DNA of 64,000 nt from assembly GCA_964478705.1 (NCBI GenBank), contig CAYZIR010000002.1:23760-87759 (forward strand). The letters run 5' to 3'. The stretch is from an uncultured Candidatus Saccharibacteria bacterium. GTDB lineage: Bacteria > Patescibacteriota > Minisyncoccia > Phycocordibacterales > EsbW-18. The position numbers were made by a program, and so were the translations under genes. The stretch's first letter is position 1; every line of letters begins with the position of its first letter. Of the stretch, positions 1 through 9,609 are shown piece by piece. The notes below the pieces were generated by a model that had not been told where the DNA came from, did not search any database, and worked only from the letters and a program-made list of their open reading frames with translations.

Positions 1-444
1 GCACTTACACACATACCAGGGATTCCAATTCCGGTGAAAGCGATTTCGGATCTCGTCGTGATTTCAAGTATTGATAAACATGCGGTTGATATCGTTGATC
101 ATAAATTTGTTGATTCGTATGGCAGTGTTGAAATTGATAACCCATTGTTTATGGTCCAAGCACTTTTCAATTACTACACGGTGCTTTCCGAGTTTAAACG
201 GCCGGTACGTCGGTTTATCGTGTATGAGTGCAGAAAGCGAAAAAATAAAAATGGAAAACCACAGCTCAAGCGCCACGTGATAGACTTCAGAAAACACGAA
301 GAAGAGTTCGTCCTCTTTCATCGTTTGGTGAAGGATGCGACCAAAGACCTTCTGTCACGAAAAATATTCTTACCAAATCCATCGGATATGTTTGAGGGGA
401 AAAACTCACTTCAAGTGTATCGATGGGGACTCGAAAAAGAGTAG
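1..444 (+). CDS. PD-(D/E)XK (RecB-like) nuclease family protein, 5'-truncated by window edge
   Basis: Frame open from base 1; motifs ISDLV...VDIVDHK...Q-x3-YY resemble PD-(D/E)XK motifs II/III plus QxxxY. Confidence 0.5.
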   Translation, partial: ALTHIPGIPIPVKAISDLVVISSIDKHAVDIVDHKFVDSYGSVEIDNPLFMVQALFNYYTVLSEFKRPVRRFIVYECRKRKNKNGKPQLKRHVIDFRKHEEEFVLFHRLVKDATKDLLSRKIFLPNPSDMFEGKNSLQVYRWGLEKE

Positions 445-487
445 GATCGCGAATATTTGCGAATAGAGACGCGGATGCACGCAAATA

Positions 488-515
488 AAAACACCCCATA
501 GTATGGGGTGTTTTT
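488..515. terminator. bidirectional intrinsic terminator
   Basis: aaaacaccccatagtatggggtgtttt between convergent genes. Confidence 0.75.
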
Positions 516-534
516 ATGATCATCCGAAGTGTAT

Positions 535-1224
535 TTACTGTGCCGAGCCGTCGTCAGCCAAGATGGTGTCGATAACCTGCTTTACCACATCGTATGGTTG
601 TGCACCGTTTAATGGGAAGGTTTCGCCATCAGCGGTGAGAACAATGCTGTACGGCGTTCCGCGACCTCCTGCTGCAAGAGCGGCATCTCCATCAGCCTTC
701 ACGCGTGCTGCGAATGTTTTTGCTGCGATACAGCTCTCGAGTGCTGTCCTGTTAACGCCAAGCGTTGCTCCAATTGTGCCAAGGTCAGCACCAGTTTCTG
801 TTCCAGAAAAGAGTGTACCGAGGTATTTCCAGTATGTGTCGTTCCCTGCGAGAGACGCAACACACTCTGCGCTTTCTGCTTTCAGACGTGCTTCAGGGTG
901 GAGCGAGTCGAGAGGGAAGTTGCGATACACCCACGAAACGGTCCCATCTTTACCATAGGTTTCCATGATGCGCTCCATTGTTGCGTGAAAGTCCTTACAG
1001 AACGGGCAGTCGATATCAGAATATTCAATAATCGTGATTGGTGCGTTTGGACTTCCAAACACATGATCACTTGCTGATACTGGTGCAACTTCGATTTCGT
1101 CTGGTGTCCCATCATTATTTGCGTCTGGAGTTGTGTCCTTTGACTTAAAGAACACCGCACCGGCAACAAGCGCTCCTGCGACCAAGATCGCAATCGGTAT
1201 AAGCAATTTGTTCTCTTTTTCCAT
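535..1224 (-). CDS. DsbA/BdbD-family thioredoxin-fold oxidoreductase with N-terminal membrane anchor
   Basis: EYSDIDCPFC, YRNFPL, GTP cis-Pro loop, hydrophobic N-terminus. Confidence 0.9.
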   Translation of the reverse strand: MEKENKLLIPIAILVAGALVAGAVFFKSKDTTPDANNDGTPDEIEVAPVSASDHVFGSPNAPITIIEYSDIDCPFCKDFHATMERIMETYGKDGTVSWVYRNFPLDSLHPEARLKAESAECVASLAGNDTYWKYLGTLFSGTETGADLGTIGATLGVNRTALESCIAAKTFAARVKADGDAALAAGGRGTPYSIVLTADGETFPLNGAQPYDVVKQVIDTILADDGSAQ

Positions 1225-1285
1225 AGCTATGAAGATTTACAAGGTTACGTAATGACTGATAGATGCTATCATTGACGATTATATC

Positions 1286-2086
1286 ATGGAGATTCTAGAC
1301 GCAATCATTCTTGGCATTGTGCAAGGAGTAACCGAGTTTCTACCGGTTTCGTCAACAGGGCACCTGATTATTGCCCACCGGTTGCTCGGAGCGCATTCAT
1401 CGAGCGAACTGTTTTTTGACGCAACGCTCCACTTGGCGACGCTGGCTGCGGTTCTCGTATATTTTCGAAACGATATCGCTTCTCTTATCGGCGCGGTGTG
1501 GTCTTTTTTGCGCGGTAGAGGCATTCCTCACGACCAAAAAGGTCTCATGTATGGATTAGTGCTCGGCACGATTCCAGCCGTGGTCATCGGTCTTTTGTTC
1601 GAAGATATGATTGCAGGAGCATTTCGAGGTACAACGGTTGTTGCGTGGGGACTCATCATTGGCTCAATTCTCATGTATATCGCTGAGCGAAAATTCACTG
1701 GCACTGGGCGCGACATGACAGGTCGCCTCGGTTGGCGTTTAGGATGGTTCCAGGCACTCGCCCTCTTTCCTGGCATTTCTCGCTCGGGCGCAACAATATC
1801 GGGAGGATTGTTTGCTGGGCTCACGCGTCCACAAGCAACGCGATTTGCATTCCTTCTCTCATTCCCGATTTTGCTCGGTGGAGGCATCACATCGATGCTT
1901 AAGATTATCGATATGCCCTTTTCAGGTATCGAAGTGCCAGCACTTATCGCAGCGGCACTCGCGGCATCACTCTCAGGTCTTGCAGCAATCCATTTTTTGA
2001 TTCGGTTCGTCAGCACGCGGACATTCAAGTCATTCATTTGGTATCGACTGATTCTCGCAGTGTTCCTACTCCTCTTTCCGTTTTAG
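1286..2086 (+). CDS. uppP: undecaprenyl-diphosphate phosphatase
   Basis: QGVTEFLPVSSTGH and PGISRSGAT motifs. Confidence 0.95.
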   Translation: MEILDAIILGIVQGVTEFLPVSSTGHLIIAHRLLGAHSSSELFFDATLHLATLAAVLVYFRNDIASLIGAVWSFLRGRGIPHDQKGLMYGLVLGTIPAVVIGLLFEDMIAGAFRGTTVVAWGLIIGSILMYIAERKFTGTGRDMTGRLGWRLGWFQALALFPGISRSGATISGGLFAGLTRPQATRFAFLLSFPILLGGGITSMLKIIDMPFSGIEVPALIAAALAASLSGLAAIHFLIRFVSTRTFKSFIWYRLILAVFLLLFPF

Positions 2087-2128
2087 AGTTTGAGAGGATT
2101 CTTGTGTCTAAAAATTGAGTTCTGTTTT

Positions 2129-2704
2129 TTAAAACCCCAATGAGTAGGTGAGAGCGCTGTCGTTTTTCTCGTCCCATCCGGTGGTATCAATAATGAGCGA
2201 CTTCGTCTCTTGACCGTCACGATACATAATCTTTTTGTTTTTAAGAATATATTCGTAGAGTTCTTTGGTGACCTTCACATCTTGAATACAGTAGTCTTTA
2301 ATCTCTTGAATCTTTCCCTCTTTCCACCAGCGATACGCCTGCAGACCGTCGGCACTTTTACCGGTCTTCAGCGTTGATTCAGCTACATTTTTTAGTGAAA
2401 GTCTGCGTCCGAGTGCGTTTTTAATCGAGACCATCATATCGATTGATTTGATGGTGTAGAGCGACCCAGGATAGTACTTATCGAGAAGGGGAATATCAAA
2501 ATGATCAGAGTTGAATCCGATGAGTACATCCGCACGTTCAAACAGTGGCCACATATCTTTGAATTCTTCTTGGAGATATGAGCTGTAGGAATCAGTTTCT
2601 GAGTCATAAACCCCGACCACAGAAATATCAAGAAGTGCCGGGTCATTTTTCCCGACATCGTCAAAAATATTTCGCGTTTCAATATCGAACACAATTTTTC
2701 GCAT
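2129..2704 (-). CDS. RNase H-like (YprB/DEDD) 3'-5' exonuclease domain protein
   Basis: VFDIET, GFNSDHFDIP, YCIQDV motifs. Confidence 0.85.
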   Translation of the reverse strand: MRKIVFDIETRNIFDDVGKNDPALLDISVVGVYDSETDSYSSYLQEEFKDMWPLFERADVLIGFNSDHFDIPLLDKYYPGSLYTIKSIDMMVSIKNALGRRLSLKNVAESTLKTGKSADGLQAYRWWKEGKIQEIKDYCIQDVKVTKELYEYILKNKKIMYRDGQETKSLIIDTTGWDEKNDSALTYSLGF

Positions 2705-2706
2705 AC

Positions 2707-4005
2707 TTATCGTTTGGTGACGTGTCCTGCAATATCCTGTATCGCGAGGGTGGCTTCGGTGCCTGACGTAAGTTCTTTCACAGGAATTGTCCCGCGAGAG
2801 AGTTCTTCTTCACCGACCACTGCAATAAACGGGATACCAATCTTTTCTGCATATTTAATCTGATCACCAAGTTTTTTATCACCAAAATAGACCACAGTAC
2901 GTGCCCCATTTTTTCGAATGGTTTCAGCAATCTCGTGCACAGCGACACGGTCTTCTTCACGAAGGACGCAGAGCATCACATCCGCAGGATTTTTTCGTTG
3001 AGGAAGGAGGTTACGTATTTCAAGAAAATCGCGAATGGTGACATCTCCCATGCCGAACCCGACCGCAGGAAGGCTTTCATCAGAAAAGAGCTCGAGGAGG
3101 CGGTCGTATCGTCCGCCACCAAAGAGTGCGCGGTTGTTTTGTGGATCGGTATCAAAGAGCTCAAATACGATACCCGTGTAGTAATCGAACCCGCGCATCA
3201 GGGTTGGGTCGAATTGCACGTTCGTAACGCCAACCATAGCGAGCCCGGCAATGACCTTTTCCAGATCATCAATCCATTTTGTGTCACTCACGCAGTGTGG
3301 CATGTGTTCGCGGAGCTCACTGACACTTTTTGCTTTGAAAATTGAAAGAAGCATGTCGGCACCGACGCCAAGAATCTTCACGAGCGCTTCTTCAAACTCG
3401 CTCTCACTCATTTTTGCTTTTCGATCAATCAAGCCCGCGACAGCACGGCGCTCCTCTTCGGTGATTGCAAAACAATCGGTAAAGAGCGTGTGATACATCG
3501 CACGGTGATTGATTTTCACCACAAAATCTTTACTCGTTGCTCCAAATGCTTCAAGGACGCGCGATGCGATGGTAATTGTTTCAATTTCTCCCGCAATGCC
3601 AGGAACGCCAAATATATCGACATTAAGTTGCCAGTGCTCTCGCAAGCGTCCACGCTGGGGTCGCTCATAGCGAAATACGTTGGGAATCGAGAACCATCGG
3701 GCAGGGAAGGCAATCTCACGACGGCGTCCAGCAATCATACGCGCAACCGTTGGTGTCATTTCAGGACGGAGCGTTACCTTACGGTCACCACGGTCGGTGA
3801 AGGTATATGTTTGCTCGTTGACGTGCTCTTCGTTTGTTTTTGCTGAATAGAGTTCAGCTGGTTCGAGGAGTGACGCGTTATATTCTTCATAGCCGTAGCG
3901 GGCAAGCACAGAGCGCCACGTATCAAAAATGTAGTTCTGGATCGCCTGATCTTCCGGATAAAAATCACGGACGCCTTTATAGGATTCGGTAGAAAGTTTG
4001 GTCAT
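2707..4005 (-). CDS. hisS: histidine--tRNA ligase
   Basis: KGVRDFYP, LRPEMT, RYERPQRGRLREH, RGFDYYTG, GGGRYD; start taken at MTKLS (4005). Confidence 0.95.
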   Translation of the reverse strand: MTKLSTESYKGVRDFYPEDQAIQNYIFDTWRSVLARYGYEEYNASLLEPAELYSAKTNEEHVNEQTYTFTDRGDRKVTLRPEMTPTVARMIAGRRREIAFPARWFSIPNVFRYERPQRGRLREHWQLNVDIFGVPGIAGEIETITIASRVLEAFGATSKDFVVKINHRAMYHTLFTDCFAITEEERRAVAGLIDRKAKMSESEFEEALVKILGVGADMLLSIFKAKSVSELREHMPHCVSDTKWIDDLEKVIAGLAMVGVTNVQFDPTLMRGFDYYTGIVFELFDTDPQNNRALFGGGRYDRLLELFSDESLPAVGFGMGDVTIRDFLEIRNLLPQRKNPADVMLCVLREEDRVAVHEIAETIRKNGARTVVYFGDKKLGDQIKYAEKIGIPFIAVVGEEELSRGTIPVKELTSGTEATLAIQDIAGHVTKR

Positions 4006-4033
4006 GTGCCTCCAAGTGTACGTAAATTTTTCA

Positions 4034-4352
4034 AAATAGAAAAGGCCTGCCGACGATGGCAGACCTGGGGCGTCATTGACCGTGTGGTCAAGAGAAAGAA
4101 CTGCAGTACGTGAGCCAAATCGAGATGGGCGTGTAGACCACCTCATCGGCTTCTTTTGGAAAATTCATGGAACAATCGCGCGGCTCTCTTTGAAACCATG
4201 ACACCGCGCTTTGACCACACTCCTTGTCCTGTGGCGGATCCCTATACTTCGACGGGGCAATCCGTTGAGAACCCTGTTCAGATATCCGACCAACCCCTCG
4301 GCGACTACTCCCTCAGGAGCACTAAAGAGGCTCGGATCTGACTCACGTACTG
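4034..4352 (-). ncRNA. candidate structured ncRNA 1 (~310 nt)
   Basis: Own promoter, ~21-bp closing helix 4331-4352/4104-4124 with G-U pairs valid on the minus strand, terminator 4034-4066, no credible ORF. Confidence 0.6.
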
Positions 4353-4357
4353 AAAAG

Positions 4358-4386
4358 AGTATAACGAAAGATTGGGATTGCGTCAA
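4358..4386 (-). promoter_or_regulatory. sigma70-type promoter
   Basis: TTGACG-17 nt-TATACT on minus strand. Confidence 0.75.
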
Positions 4387-4388
4387 CT

Positions 4389-6308
4389 CTACAAAATACT
4401 CTCTGGAAAAACATCAACAACGTACGACGGAGGAAGTGTACGAAGTGTCTCAACAACTCTCCGATCTGGCCATGATGTACTTGGCACACTGATGAGTGCG
4501 TGCGCGATAAACATTCCTTTTACTTTTGATATGAATGCGGGGTAAATCGTGATGGTGTAATCGGGAAGGAGGGTTTTGAGTATAGTGAGGTCAGTACGTA
4601 CAGTATCTTTGTCTCCTTTTCGAGTAATTTTGATGCATACGAAATATGGTGGATATCGAAAATCCTTTAATCGTTCTCCTTCGCCACGAACAAACGATAG
4701 TCCATCACCGCGTAGAGCATACATAAGAACCGGAAGCTCGGGCGAGCGTGTCTGTACCACTACGTGTTCACTGCTTGCTTCACGGAGCGACGTAATCAAT
4801 GAAAATGCACGCTCATGCATCCGTATATCGGGTAGTGATGTAAGCGTGTCGAGCGATGCGATAACTGATGTGCCAATGTGTGCACCGATGATGTAGGGCA
4901 AGGAGCGAGCGGTGCCAACAAGTATTCCGTTACCAGATGATTGCCACGCGGTTGCAACCTTCTCCGCTTCGGCGTGAGTTTTGATACTGTCACTCGATAT
5001 TGAAAAGAAGGGTAACGAAGGGAATTCACGCTTCACTGATGCTTCAACGGTTTCAGCACCTGCTCCGTACATGGCGAGGCGCCATCCTCCACAGACGGTG
5101 CAGAGTGTATCCGCATCTTTGGTACGTCCACATCGATGGCAGGCGAATAATCTTCCTGCACGTTCATCGTTTGTTCGTGTTGGCGATTGTCGGTGAAGTA
5201 CCATTGGTGCGTCGCACCGATCGCAGACAAGAATAGTTCCACAATCTCTACAAATGGTGAACGGGGCAAGACCTCGACGTGTTGCATAAATAAATGACAG
5301 AGAATTGGTATCAGCGCTTGTTTGTATTGCTCCGCGAGCAACTTCAGATATCACTGTAGGAGTAGCGTTTGTATCGTTTTCCGGGCGCATATCAACAATG
5401 GATACCGGCGCTCCTTCTTGGTGCATGCGAAGACGCATTGATTCATCGTAGGTGTGGTCGATTGTGTTAAGTATCGTACCTATACGAAGAAATGAGTCAG
5501 CGAATATGAGGGTTTTCCCGTATGTGCGCGCAAGAGTCTCGAAAGCCACACGAACGTCAAGAAATGGACGTGTAGCAATTTTATATGCAGGCGACGATTC
5601 GTGTTCAATGATGTATGAACGAATATCATCGCGCACCAATGAAAAACATACTGGTGTACCGACGAGTACTATAGATTCTTTTGACACAAGTGCTTTCGAC
5701 CACGTATCGCGGAACCGTTTTTTGGTGAGCGTACTCGTAATCAAAAAGCTCCGCTCTTCAATACCTCGCGATAATTGTTCGAACAGCACCTCAGCTTCTT
5801 TGATCGTAGGGGTAATAACAACGGTCGACTCGTTATTTGCTAAACCTTCCCGAATCATTACGCGGTATGATGCGTAGCGATCAGCGCGGGGCATTTGTAG
5901 TGTTTGTGGCGGATAGCGCGGGTTGTCATCTTTTTTTGTACCCAGTTTCTTTTTCTCTGCAGTGAACATGTCAGGCGATTCAAACATTGCCGAAGGCAAT
6001 AAATGTTCAAGAACTGCACCAAGAGGGGCTGCATGCATGTCAGCAATTGCTACCAGTGCCTGCATCATTCGCTCATCAAGCGAAGCATGCTTCACGACAC
6101 TGTCAATTTTTTTTGTCGCGAATGAAGCTTTGCGTAGCTCCGTTTTCAATGTCGACGCGTCTTTACTTTCGATAACCAACGCTATTGTCTTTCGAGAACG
6201 AATAGTGATTCGTACAAACGAGCCGACGGCAACAGCTTCTTTTGCGTAGTAGGAGAGAGCCTGTGGCGCAATCCCACGAAGGATTGGTACGACAGAAAGA
6301 ATGCGCAT
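4389..6308 (-). CDS. priA: primosomal protein N' (PriA) with degenerate helicase motifs
   Basis: 3'-DNA-binding N-terminus, RRG + 4xCxxC zinc region, QTRSPE, YPPY; Walker A/B not recognisable. Confidence 0.85.
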   Translation of the reverse strand: MRILSVVPILRGIAPQALSYYAKEAVAVGSFVRITIRSRKTIALVIESKDASTLKTELRKASFATKKIDSVVKHASLDERMMQALVAIADMHAAPLGAVLEHLLPSAMFESPDMFTAEKKKLGTKKDDNPRYPPQTLQMPRADRYASYRVMIREGLANNESTVVITPTIKEAEVLFEQLSRGIEERSFLITSTLTKKRFRDTWSKALVSKESIVLVGTPVCFSLVRDDIRSYIIEHESSPAYKIATRPFLDVRVAFETLARTYGKTLIFADSFLRIGTILNTIDHTYDESMRLRMHQEGAPVSIVDMRPENDTNATPTVISEVARGAIQTSADTNSLSFIYATRRGLAPFTICRDCGTILVCDRCDAPMVLHRQSPTRTNDERAGRLFACHRCGRTKDADTLCTVCGGWRLAMYGAGAETVEASVKREFPSLPFFSISSDSIKTHAEAEKVATAWQSSGNGILVGTARSLPYIIGAHIGTSVIASLDTLTSLPDIRMHERAFSLITSLREASSEHVVVQTRSPELPVLMYALRGDGLSFVRGEGERLKDFRYPPYFVCIKITRKGDKDTVRTDLTILKTLLPDYTITIYPAFISKVKGMFIAHALISVPSTSWPDRRVVETLRTLPPSYVVDVFPESIL

Positions 6309-6403
6309 AGTGAGGGTATGGTATCACGGCGGTATATCATAAAAGATGGGTATTTGAATAAAATCTTTGATAAGAATCAAAAAGAGCGTTACGATGGGAA
6401 CGC

Positions 6404-7417
6404 ATGAAATTCTTTGGAAAGAAACTCGGTATTGACCTTGGCACTGCAAACGTGCTCGTATTCGTGCCTGGCCGAGGCATTGTCCTCAATGAACCTTCGG
6501 TTGTCGCGGTGTCTGAATCAGACAATCGCATTCTCGCTATCGGGCTCGAAGCAAAACGGATGGTAGGGAAGACTCCCGAAGACATTATTGCCTACCGTCC
6601 TATGAAAGATGGCGTTATTGCGGATTACCGCGTCACGGAAGCAATGCTTCGTTATTTCATTGACAAGGCTCTCGGTAAGTGGAGCATCATCAAGCCTGAC
6701 GTTCTCATTTCTGTTCCTGCCGGCGTCACGTCGACAGAGCGACGCGCAGTGGTTGAAGCGGCAATCAAGGCTGGTGCAAAACAAGCATTCGTTATTAAAG
6801 AGCCGATTCTCGCAGCAATCGGTGCCGGTATTCCAATTCACGATCCGGAGGGTCATATGATTGTCGATATTGGTGGTGGAACAACGGATGTCGCTGTAAT
6901 CTCGCTCGGCGGTATTGTCACGTGCACATCAGTGAAGGTTGCAGGTAATAAAATTGATCAAGCAATCGTTGACTACGTGAAGAAGAATTATAATCTTGCG
7001 ATTGGTGAAAAAACTGCCGAGGAAATTAAAATCAAAATAGGTTCAGCGGTTCCTGTTGAAGAAGAGTTGTCATTAATTATCAAAGGGCGTGATGTTGTCA
7101 CGGGGCTTCCGCGTGAGATGGAAATGAAAACCAATGAGGTTGTGAAAGCGGTTCGTCGTGAACTGCGCGAGATGATTCGTGCTATCAAAGATGTCTTTCA
7201 AGAAACTCCGCCAGAACTTGCTGCCGATATCATCAGTAAGGGTATGACGATGACGGGAGGAACGTCACAGCTTCGCAATCTTCCCGAGCTGATGTTTCGC
7301 GCAACCGGCGTGAAGGCACGACTCGCTGACGAAGCGCTCTTTTGTGTAGCAAAGGGAACCGGTATTGCACTTGAGCATCTCGATACCTATAAGAAATCGA
7401 TCATCGCGAAACGTTAA
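6404..7417 (+). CDS. mreB: rod shape-determining protein MreB
   Basis: GIDLGTAN, EPSVVA, DIGGGTT motifs. Confidence 0.95.
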   Translation: MKFFGKKLGIDLGTANVLVFVPGRGIVLNEPSVVAVSESDNRILAIGLEAKRMVGKTPEDIIAYRPMKDGVIADYRVTEAMLRYFIDKALGKWSIIKPDVLISVPAGVTSTERRAVVEAAIKAGAKQAFVIKEPILAAIGAGIPIHDPEGHMIVDIGGGTTDVAVISLGGIVTCTSVKVAGNKIDQAIVDYVKKNYNLAIGEKTAEEIKIKIGSAVPVEEELSLIIKGRDVVTGLPREMEMKTNEVVKAVRRELREMIRAIKDVFQETPPELAADIISKGMTMTGGTSQLRNLPELMFRATGVKARLADEALFCVAKGTGIALEHLDTYKKSIIAKR

Positions 7418-7425
7418 TCACAAAG

Positions 7426-7503
7426 CATGTAACACGTATCATGTAGCATGAGACGTAGAGAAGGTAACGTTTTTGCTTTATGTTACATGATACGTGTTAC
7501 ATG
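7426..7503. repeat. 26-bp inverted repeat built of CAYGTAN-type heptamers
   Basis: catgtaacacgtatcatgtagcatga (7426-7451) vs ttatgttacatgatacgtgttacatg (7478-7503), 2 mismatches. Confidence 0.8.
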
Positions 7504-7514
7504 ATCTCCACCCT

Positions 7515-8174
7515 ATGATTCTCAATCATCACGCATTCTTACTTCCAGGGCTTGGATCGCATGACGTATCGCGCATTCAAGATATTTTTAAAAAGAGCGT
7601 TGTATCTCTCACCGGGCGCATCGTAACCGTGACATCAACGATGCTTTCTGTTGACGAAGCGCGTCTCATCATTGATGAAAGTCTCATTAAACAGGATGCA
7701 GAGACACATTCTTATTTCATTATCGCAATCGACGGTGCAACTCGTGAAGCGCAGAACGCGCTTCTCAAAATTCTTGAGGAACCGCGAGACGGGGTATTCT
7801 TTTTCCTCGCCACTCCACGACCTGAGCGATTGCTACCGACATTTCGTTCTCGTCTCTACATGGATAGTGCGTTGCTTTCACTACTTGGGAAATTAGCAAC
7901 ACCTAGTGATGAGTTTCTTCAAGCGCCTTACAAAAAACGACTTGCCATTATTGCTCCTCTTATTGAAGAGGGTAATAAAGCGGGTGCATTCGAACTCATC
8001 ACGAATGCTTTGTACTCATTACACATTACACATCATACTTCTCCCACTGTTCTGTCTTCTCTCGATAGACTTCGCGACTATATAACGGACACTTCGTCGT
8101 CTTTGAAACAAATACTTGAATACAGCGCTCTTATGATTCCCCAGGTAGAACCCCACCACACAAGAAATTCATAG
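7515..8174 (+). CDS. holB: DNA polymerase III delta'-like subunit (short)
   Basis: EAQNALLKILEEP and LLPTFRSR motifs. Confidence 0.75.
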   Translation: MILNHHAFLLPGLGSHDVSRIQDIFKKSVVSLTGRIVTVTSTMLSVDEARLIIDESLIKQDAETHSYFIIAIDGATREAQNALLKILEEPRDGVFFFLATPRPERLLPTFRSRLYMDSALLSLLGKLATPSDEFLQAPYKKRLAIIAPLIEEGNKAGAFELITNALYSLHITHHTSPTVLSSLDRLRDYITDTSSSLKQILEYSALMIPQVEPHHTRNS

Positions 8175-8227
8175 AGAAGAAAGTGGTATACTGAGAGATA
8201 CGATTATCAGCGCTTACTATCACTTTC

Positions 8228-8740
8228 ATGGAACCAAACATTCAAACAAGTCAGTCTCGAACATTAATTACTATTATTGCTATCGCTCTTATTGTTGTTG
8301 CCGGTGGAGTTATTTGGTTTATGTTTGCTGATCGCGATGACAACTTTGATTTTGAAGGATCAACAACTACTCGACCAAATACCACAGATAGTCGTCCTGT
8401 TGTTGGGCAAAGCCAAAACATCATTGTGTACGCACCGCGTATGAATGAGCGCATCGGAACACCCGTTGTTGTTGAAGGTGAAGCGCGTGTGTTTGAGAAT
8501 GTCGTGAACTACCGACTTGTTGATGCAAACGGCAAAGAGCTCGCAGAAGGTTTTACAAGTGCGGACGCTCCTGACATCGGTCAATTCGGCGCATTTCGTG
8601 GTGAATTAAATTATGCATCGAATGTCGACCAAAAAGGAACGGTTGAGATCTTCTGGTATTCAGCAAAAGATGGTTCAGAGGTCGACAAAGTCACTATCCC
8701 TGTGACCATCACCAAGACTCCGGAATTCATCAAAGGCTAA
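8228..8740 (+). CDS. membrane-anchored Gmad2-type immunoglobulin-like domain protein
   Basis: N-terminal TM helix; VEGEARVFENVVNYRL...FGAF...SAKDGS pattern. Confidence 0.7.
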   Translation: MEPNIQTSQSRTLITIIAIALIVVAGGVIWFMFADRDDNFDFEGSTTTRPNTTDSRPVVGQSQNIIVYAPRMNERIGTPVVVEGEARVFENVVNYRLVDANGKELAEGFTSADAPDIGQFGAFRGELNYASNVDQKGTVEIFWYSAKDGSEVDKVTIPVTITKTPEFIKG

Positions 8741-8794
8741 CAAGACGCGGACTCAGGCCTCTTAGTTGATACGGCCGGCTCGCCGGCGGTAGTT

Positions 8795-8832
8795 CCGGAC
8801 TCTCCATGTGTGGGGAGTCCGGTTTTTCTTTT
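8795..8832 (+). terminator. intrinsic terminator
   Basis: ccggactctcc-atgtgt-ggggagtccgg followed by T-run. Confidence 0.8.
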
Positions 8833-8846
8833 GCTACACTGTTCTT

Positions 8847-9515
8847 ATGACGCCTGCAAAACTTGTTGAACGGAAGAAACGTTTTCAAAAACTGAATACG
8901 GTCTTGAAGAAACTCTATCCTGAAGCAAAAATTGCACTCAATTTCAAAAATAACTGGGAACTGTTGGTCGCGGTTGAACTGTCTGCACAGTGCACTGATA
9001 AAAAAGTGAATGAAGTCACAGCAACGCTTTTTGAAAAATATAAAACACTCGACGATTATGTGAATGCAACCTTTGAAGAATTTTCGCAAGATATTCGCCA
9101 AACCGGATTTTTTAATAACAAAGCAAAGAACATTCTCGCAGCTGCAAAGATAGTGAAAGAAGAATTTGACGGGAAGATTCCAAAAACGATGCAAGAAATC
9201 CTGACAATCCCCGGTGTCGCTCGAAAAACTGCTAACGTTGTGCTTGGAAATGCGTACGGTGTTGTTGAAGGTATCGCGGTCGATACGCACATCAAACGTT
9301 TTTCCCAGAAGTTTGATCTCTCTGACTATACAGACCCGGTGAAAATTGAGCGTGACTTAATGGAAGTCATTCCAAAAGATGAATGGTTCGGATGGACCTA
9401 CCGTTTGATTGATTACGGTCGCGCGATATGCAAAGCAAACCCACACGATTGCACTGAACATCCACTCACAAAAATCTATCCAAAAGCTGCTCACATCTGG
9501 CCAAAAGCGAGATAA
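8847..9515 (+). CDS. nth: endonuclease III (HhH-GPD), lacking complete 4Fe-4S motif
   Basis: LSAQCTDKKVN, PGVARKTANVV, AVDTH; only 2 Cys in C-terminal loop. Confidence 0.9.
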   Translation: MTPAKLVERKKRFQKLNTVLKKLYPEAKIALNFKNNWELLVAVELSAQCTDKKVNEVTATLFEKYKTLDDYVNATFEEFSQDIRQTGFFNNKAKNILAAAKIVKEEFDGKIPKTMQEILTIPGVARKTANVVLGNAYGVVEGIAVDTHIKRFSQKFDLSDYTDPVKIERDLMEVIPKDEWFGWTYRLIDYGRAICKANPHDCTEHPLTKIYPKAAHIWPKAR

Positions 9516-9588
9516 ACCGATCTGAAAATCTTGGTTCCCGAGGCGAAGCAGGACGACTGTAGCCAGGGAGGGGTTTTCAGATTGGTTT
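9514..9588. repeat. intergenic hairpin (17-bp imperfect inverted repeat)
   Basis: aaaccgatctgaaaatc ... ggttttcagattggttt. Confidence 0.65.
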
Positions 9589-9609
9589 AAATAAGTACAC
9601 TAAGGCGAT

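Noticed and set aside
4034-4352. T-box leaders for hisS (and likewise glyQS, gltX)
   Set aside because: No GGTGGNACC antiterminator consensus (closest is GAGGTGGTCTACAC), and each synthetase has its own proximal -10 box.
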